DNA of 50,738 bases from Hyphochytrium catenoides (lineage: Eukaryota; Protista; Hyphochytriomycota). The DNA is taken from NCBI GenBank assembly GCA_900088475.1, contig FLMG01004307.1:1-50738 (forward strand). Direction: 5' to 3'. Position 1 is the first letter of the stretch; each line of letters starts with the position of its first letter. Positions 48,720-50,738 of this stretch are shown here, piece by piece. The notes beneath the pieces were generated by a model. That model did not search any database, had not been told where the DNA came from, and saw only the letters and a list, made by a program, of their open reading frames with translations. The position numbers were made by a program, and so were the translations under genes.

Positions 48720-50330
48720 GTCTGTATAAGTCTAAGTAAATGTATGGACTCAAGGCCGAGGACGACCTTCTCAAATCTGATTCCTCCTCGGTGAATCCAA
48801 GACAGAGCAAGGGATGGGTGTCCTTAGTCTGAAACCTGTGTCTCTATAACAGTACTAAGATGGGTGGGAATGTCACACATGAAAGAGATAGGATGGAGCT
48901 CATCGGTTGCCGCTTCGAAAGGGCAGATAGAGTAACGCCCGTGACCCATTTGGGAAGCTTATCCCGCTATTATCTGTAGGTATGTAGTCGGGGTGACCCT
49001 AAGAGGCAGCCTGTAGTCCATATCTGATTCTATTCTCCTGTTCGGCACATCCCAGCGTTGTACACACAGCCAAAGTCTAAGTCTGACCACTACTGTTGTA
49101 GTTGTTAGTGATCTTACCTTACCACTATGTCAAGTACCGTTTTACAAGTTTCACCTGCTTAATACTTAGGAATTGTGGAACTGTTGCCTAGTTTTCTTCC
49201 CTCTTCCCCTACCCTAGTTCATACAGTTAGGCAGGCACCATCATCAGGTGAGTCCATGGCTTCAGGGCTTCAGAGCTCACGCATCACGGAAGCTTGCACC
49301 ACCTTCCTCTCAGTTAGCGCTCACAGTCACACCTGCAACGTGTCACTACTCTTAGATCTGTCTTGTTTTGATCATTGCATAGTCTCGGTTCTCGGGATCT
49401 CTTGAATGTCATGGCTTGAGATGGAGGACCCTGCGTCGTGCTCTTCTTTGTGATGCTCCGGTCATCAGCCGCTGATGATGCGTCATAGAGACCGTTCTGA
49501 CAGCCGATCCGACTAGATAATAACCCTTCTCATCACAGGTATGGTACCGTGCGTCGCGAGTGGCAGCACCAGAGCTTGGGGCCTTTAAGGATGCTGAGCT
49601 CTCGCACTCCTTAGGGTTTATCCTATGTATGAGGTACACTAACGCTGTCAGCTGCATGCTAATGGTTCAGCAACTCCGCGTGGCTAAACAGCACTCCTGC
49701 CGGTCTTGCTTATCCTCTTGACCGACGCTGCTACTTCCTTCGTTTCGTTTCGTAGAAGCAAGACCGCCAGTAGTGCTATTCGTTTCGTAGAAGCCACATC
49801 GCAGAGGCCTTTCTTCGTTTCGTAGGAAGCAAGCCACTAGGGGATACAACGGTGTAGATGGACTAGAAGGCTCAACAGCCTGTGCACCGGATGGCACCGA
49901 ATTTCCTGAGTAAGACTGAGTAAGAATAGAAAGACAGGGCCGGAAACACCTCCAGCAGTATTTTGGACGTATAGGACCAGCATAAAGAAAGAGGGCTTTG
50001 GAATAGCCGGCAGACGGAGAAGAGGACACCAGTTAGTAGAGGTAGGAGACACTCTGCCAGCTGCAGGATTTATTCTTGTTTCCGCTAATCCTAAGCACGT
50101 TCTCTCTCTGGAGTGAGAGTACCCTCCATGAGGAAGATAATAGGTATAGGAGATGAGAAAGCACTCTCCCTATCAACTTTAGGACAACTCAGGTGGTGGT
50201 AGTCCGCTACATACAGCTGAAGATCTGGGACACATATGCAAAAAGTGACTAGCTGGGTTAGTTTGATACTATTTATGAGAAATAAGGAACTCAAGCAACT
50301 CTGGCACAAGCAGGAAGGGAGCCGATGCCT
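48720..50330 (-). mobile_element. Possible decayed retroelement or pseudogene fragment
   Basis: Microsatellite-free complex sequence with only short broken ORFs, containing a degenerate CX2CX4HX4C-spaced motif (YHTCDEKGYYLVGS, 49546-49505). No LTR, PBS, RT or integrase motif seen. Confidence 0.2.
49744..49830. repeat. Three 16-17-nt direct repeats at an exact 35-nt period with unrelated 19-nt spacers
   Basis: TTCGTTTCGTAGAAGC at 49744 and 49779, and TTCGTTTCGTAGGAAGC at 49814. Confidence 0.85.
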
Positions 50331-50392
50331 CAGGCTAAGCTATCATCAGCCCTTATCGGTCATTCTGTTCCCCGTCATACTGCTGCTGCCGC

Positions 50393-50738
50393 CTAAGTTC
50401 GCAGCCCGCGCTTGGGCATCGTGAAGCCCTTGAACCCACAGTCCACCTCATTGGACCACGGACACTTCCCATCGCTGCCATAAGCAAAGCAGCTAAAGTA
50501 CCCGTCCTGCTGAATCCAGCAAGGAGGCGCATGAGGAGCCGTGGCCCAGCCATAAGGCTGATAGTTGGCGATCAGGCATGACCCAGAGCACACGCCAGAG
50601 GGTGGCGCAGTGGTGGGTGCAGCGGTGGTAGGATGGACTGGCGTCACTACCGTCCCAGACGTCAGACCCGCAGCGCTCTTCTTCTGTCCTTGACCACTCT
50701 TCAGCCAGCATGTCCCTCCATTGTAGCTGCTCCAAGTC
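50393..50738 (-). CDS. 3' end of a PAN/Apple-domain (CBEL-like) protein with a Pro/Thr linker and a C-terminal six-Cys domain; 5' part lies outside the window
   Basis: The frame is open from the window edge: TWSSYNGGTCWLKSGQGQKKSAAGLTSGTV (C-terminal half of a PAN/Apple domain as in oomycete CBEL), VTPVHPTTAAPTTAPPSG linker, CSGSC...PCW...SCFAY...CPW...DC, then TAG. Confidence 0.8.
   Translation of the reverse strand, partial: TWSSYNGGTCWLKSGQGQKKSAAGLTSGTVVTPVHPTTAAPTTAPPSGVCSGSCLIANYQPYGWATAPHAPPCWIQQDGYFSCFAYGSDGKCPWSNEVDCGFKGFTMPKRGLRT

Noticed and set aside
49744-49830. CRISPR array or hammerhead ribozyme interpretation of the interspaced repeat
   Set aside because: Repeats and spacers are too short, there are only three units and no cas genes. 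No CUGANGA core lies close enough to the GAAAC motifs for a hammerhead.

Overview
Eukaryotic, intron-rich, (CT)n/(AG)n-microsatellite-laden genomic DNA with several N-gaps. It uses the standard genetic code and GT-AG introns. A flagellated stramenopile is my inference from the inner-arm dynein, a CBEL-like PAN/Apple motif and an oomycete-like membrane protein. Left to right: 3' end of a membrane-protein gene, an intronless bacterial-type tandem GNAT acetyltransferase (-), three identical tRNA-Lys(CTT) genes with an A1:U72 pair (+), an intronless internally duplicated multi-TM protein (+), a RING-TM E3 ligase (+), a ~20.8 kb axonemal dynein heavy chain gene of at least 35 exons (DNAH1-like, -), a PWWP-domain gene (-) head-to-head with INTS6 (+), an AspH-family 2OG/Fe(II) hydroxylase (-), a poorly resolved spliced gene and an intronless membrane protein (-), a possible decayed retroelement containing a 35-nt-period interspaced repeat, and the 3' end of a PAN/Apple + Cys-rich protein (-). 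The most interesting signals are: polarised introns with (AG)n near the donor and complementary (CT)n near the acceptor, distant branch points, exon-dominated splice donors, the candidate horizontally transferred GNAT, microsatellites read as protein, and the interspaced repeat. All gene models were read by eye and are not backed by transcript or database evidence.
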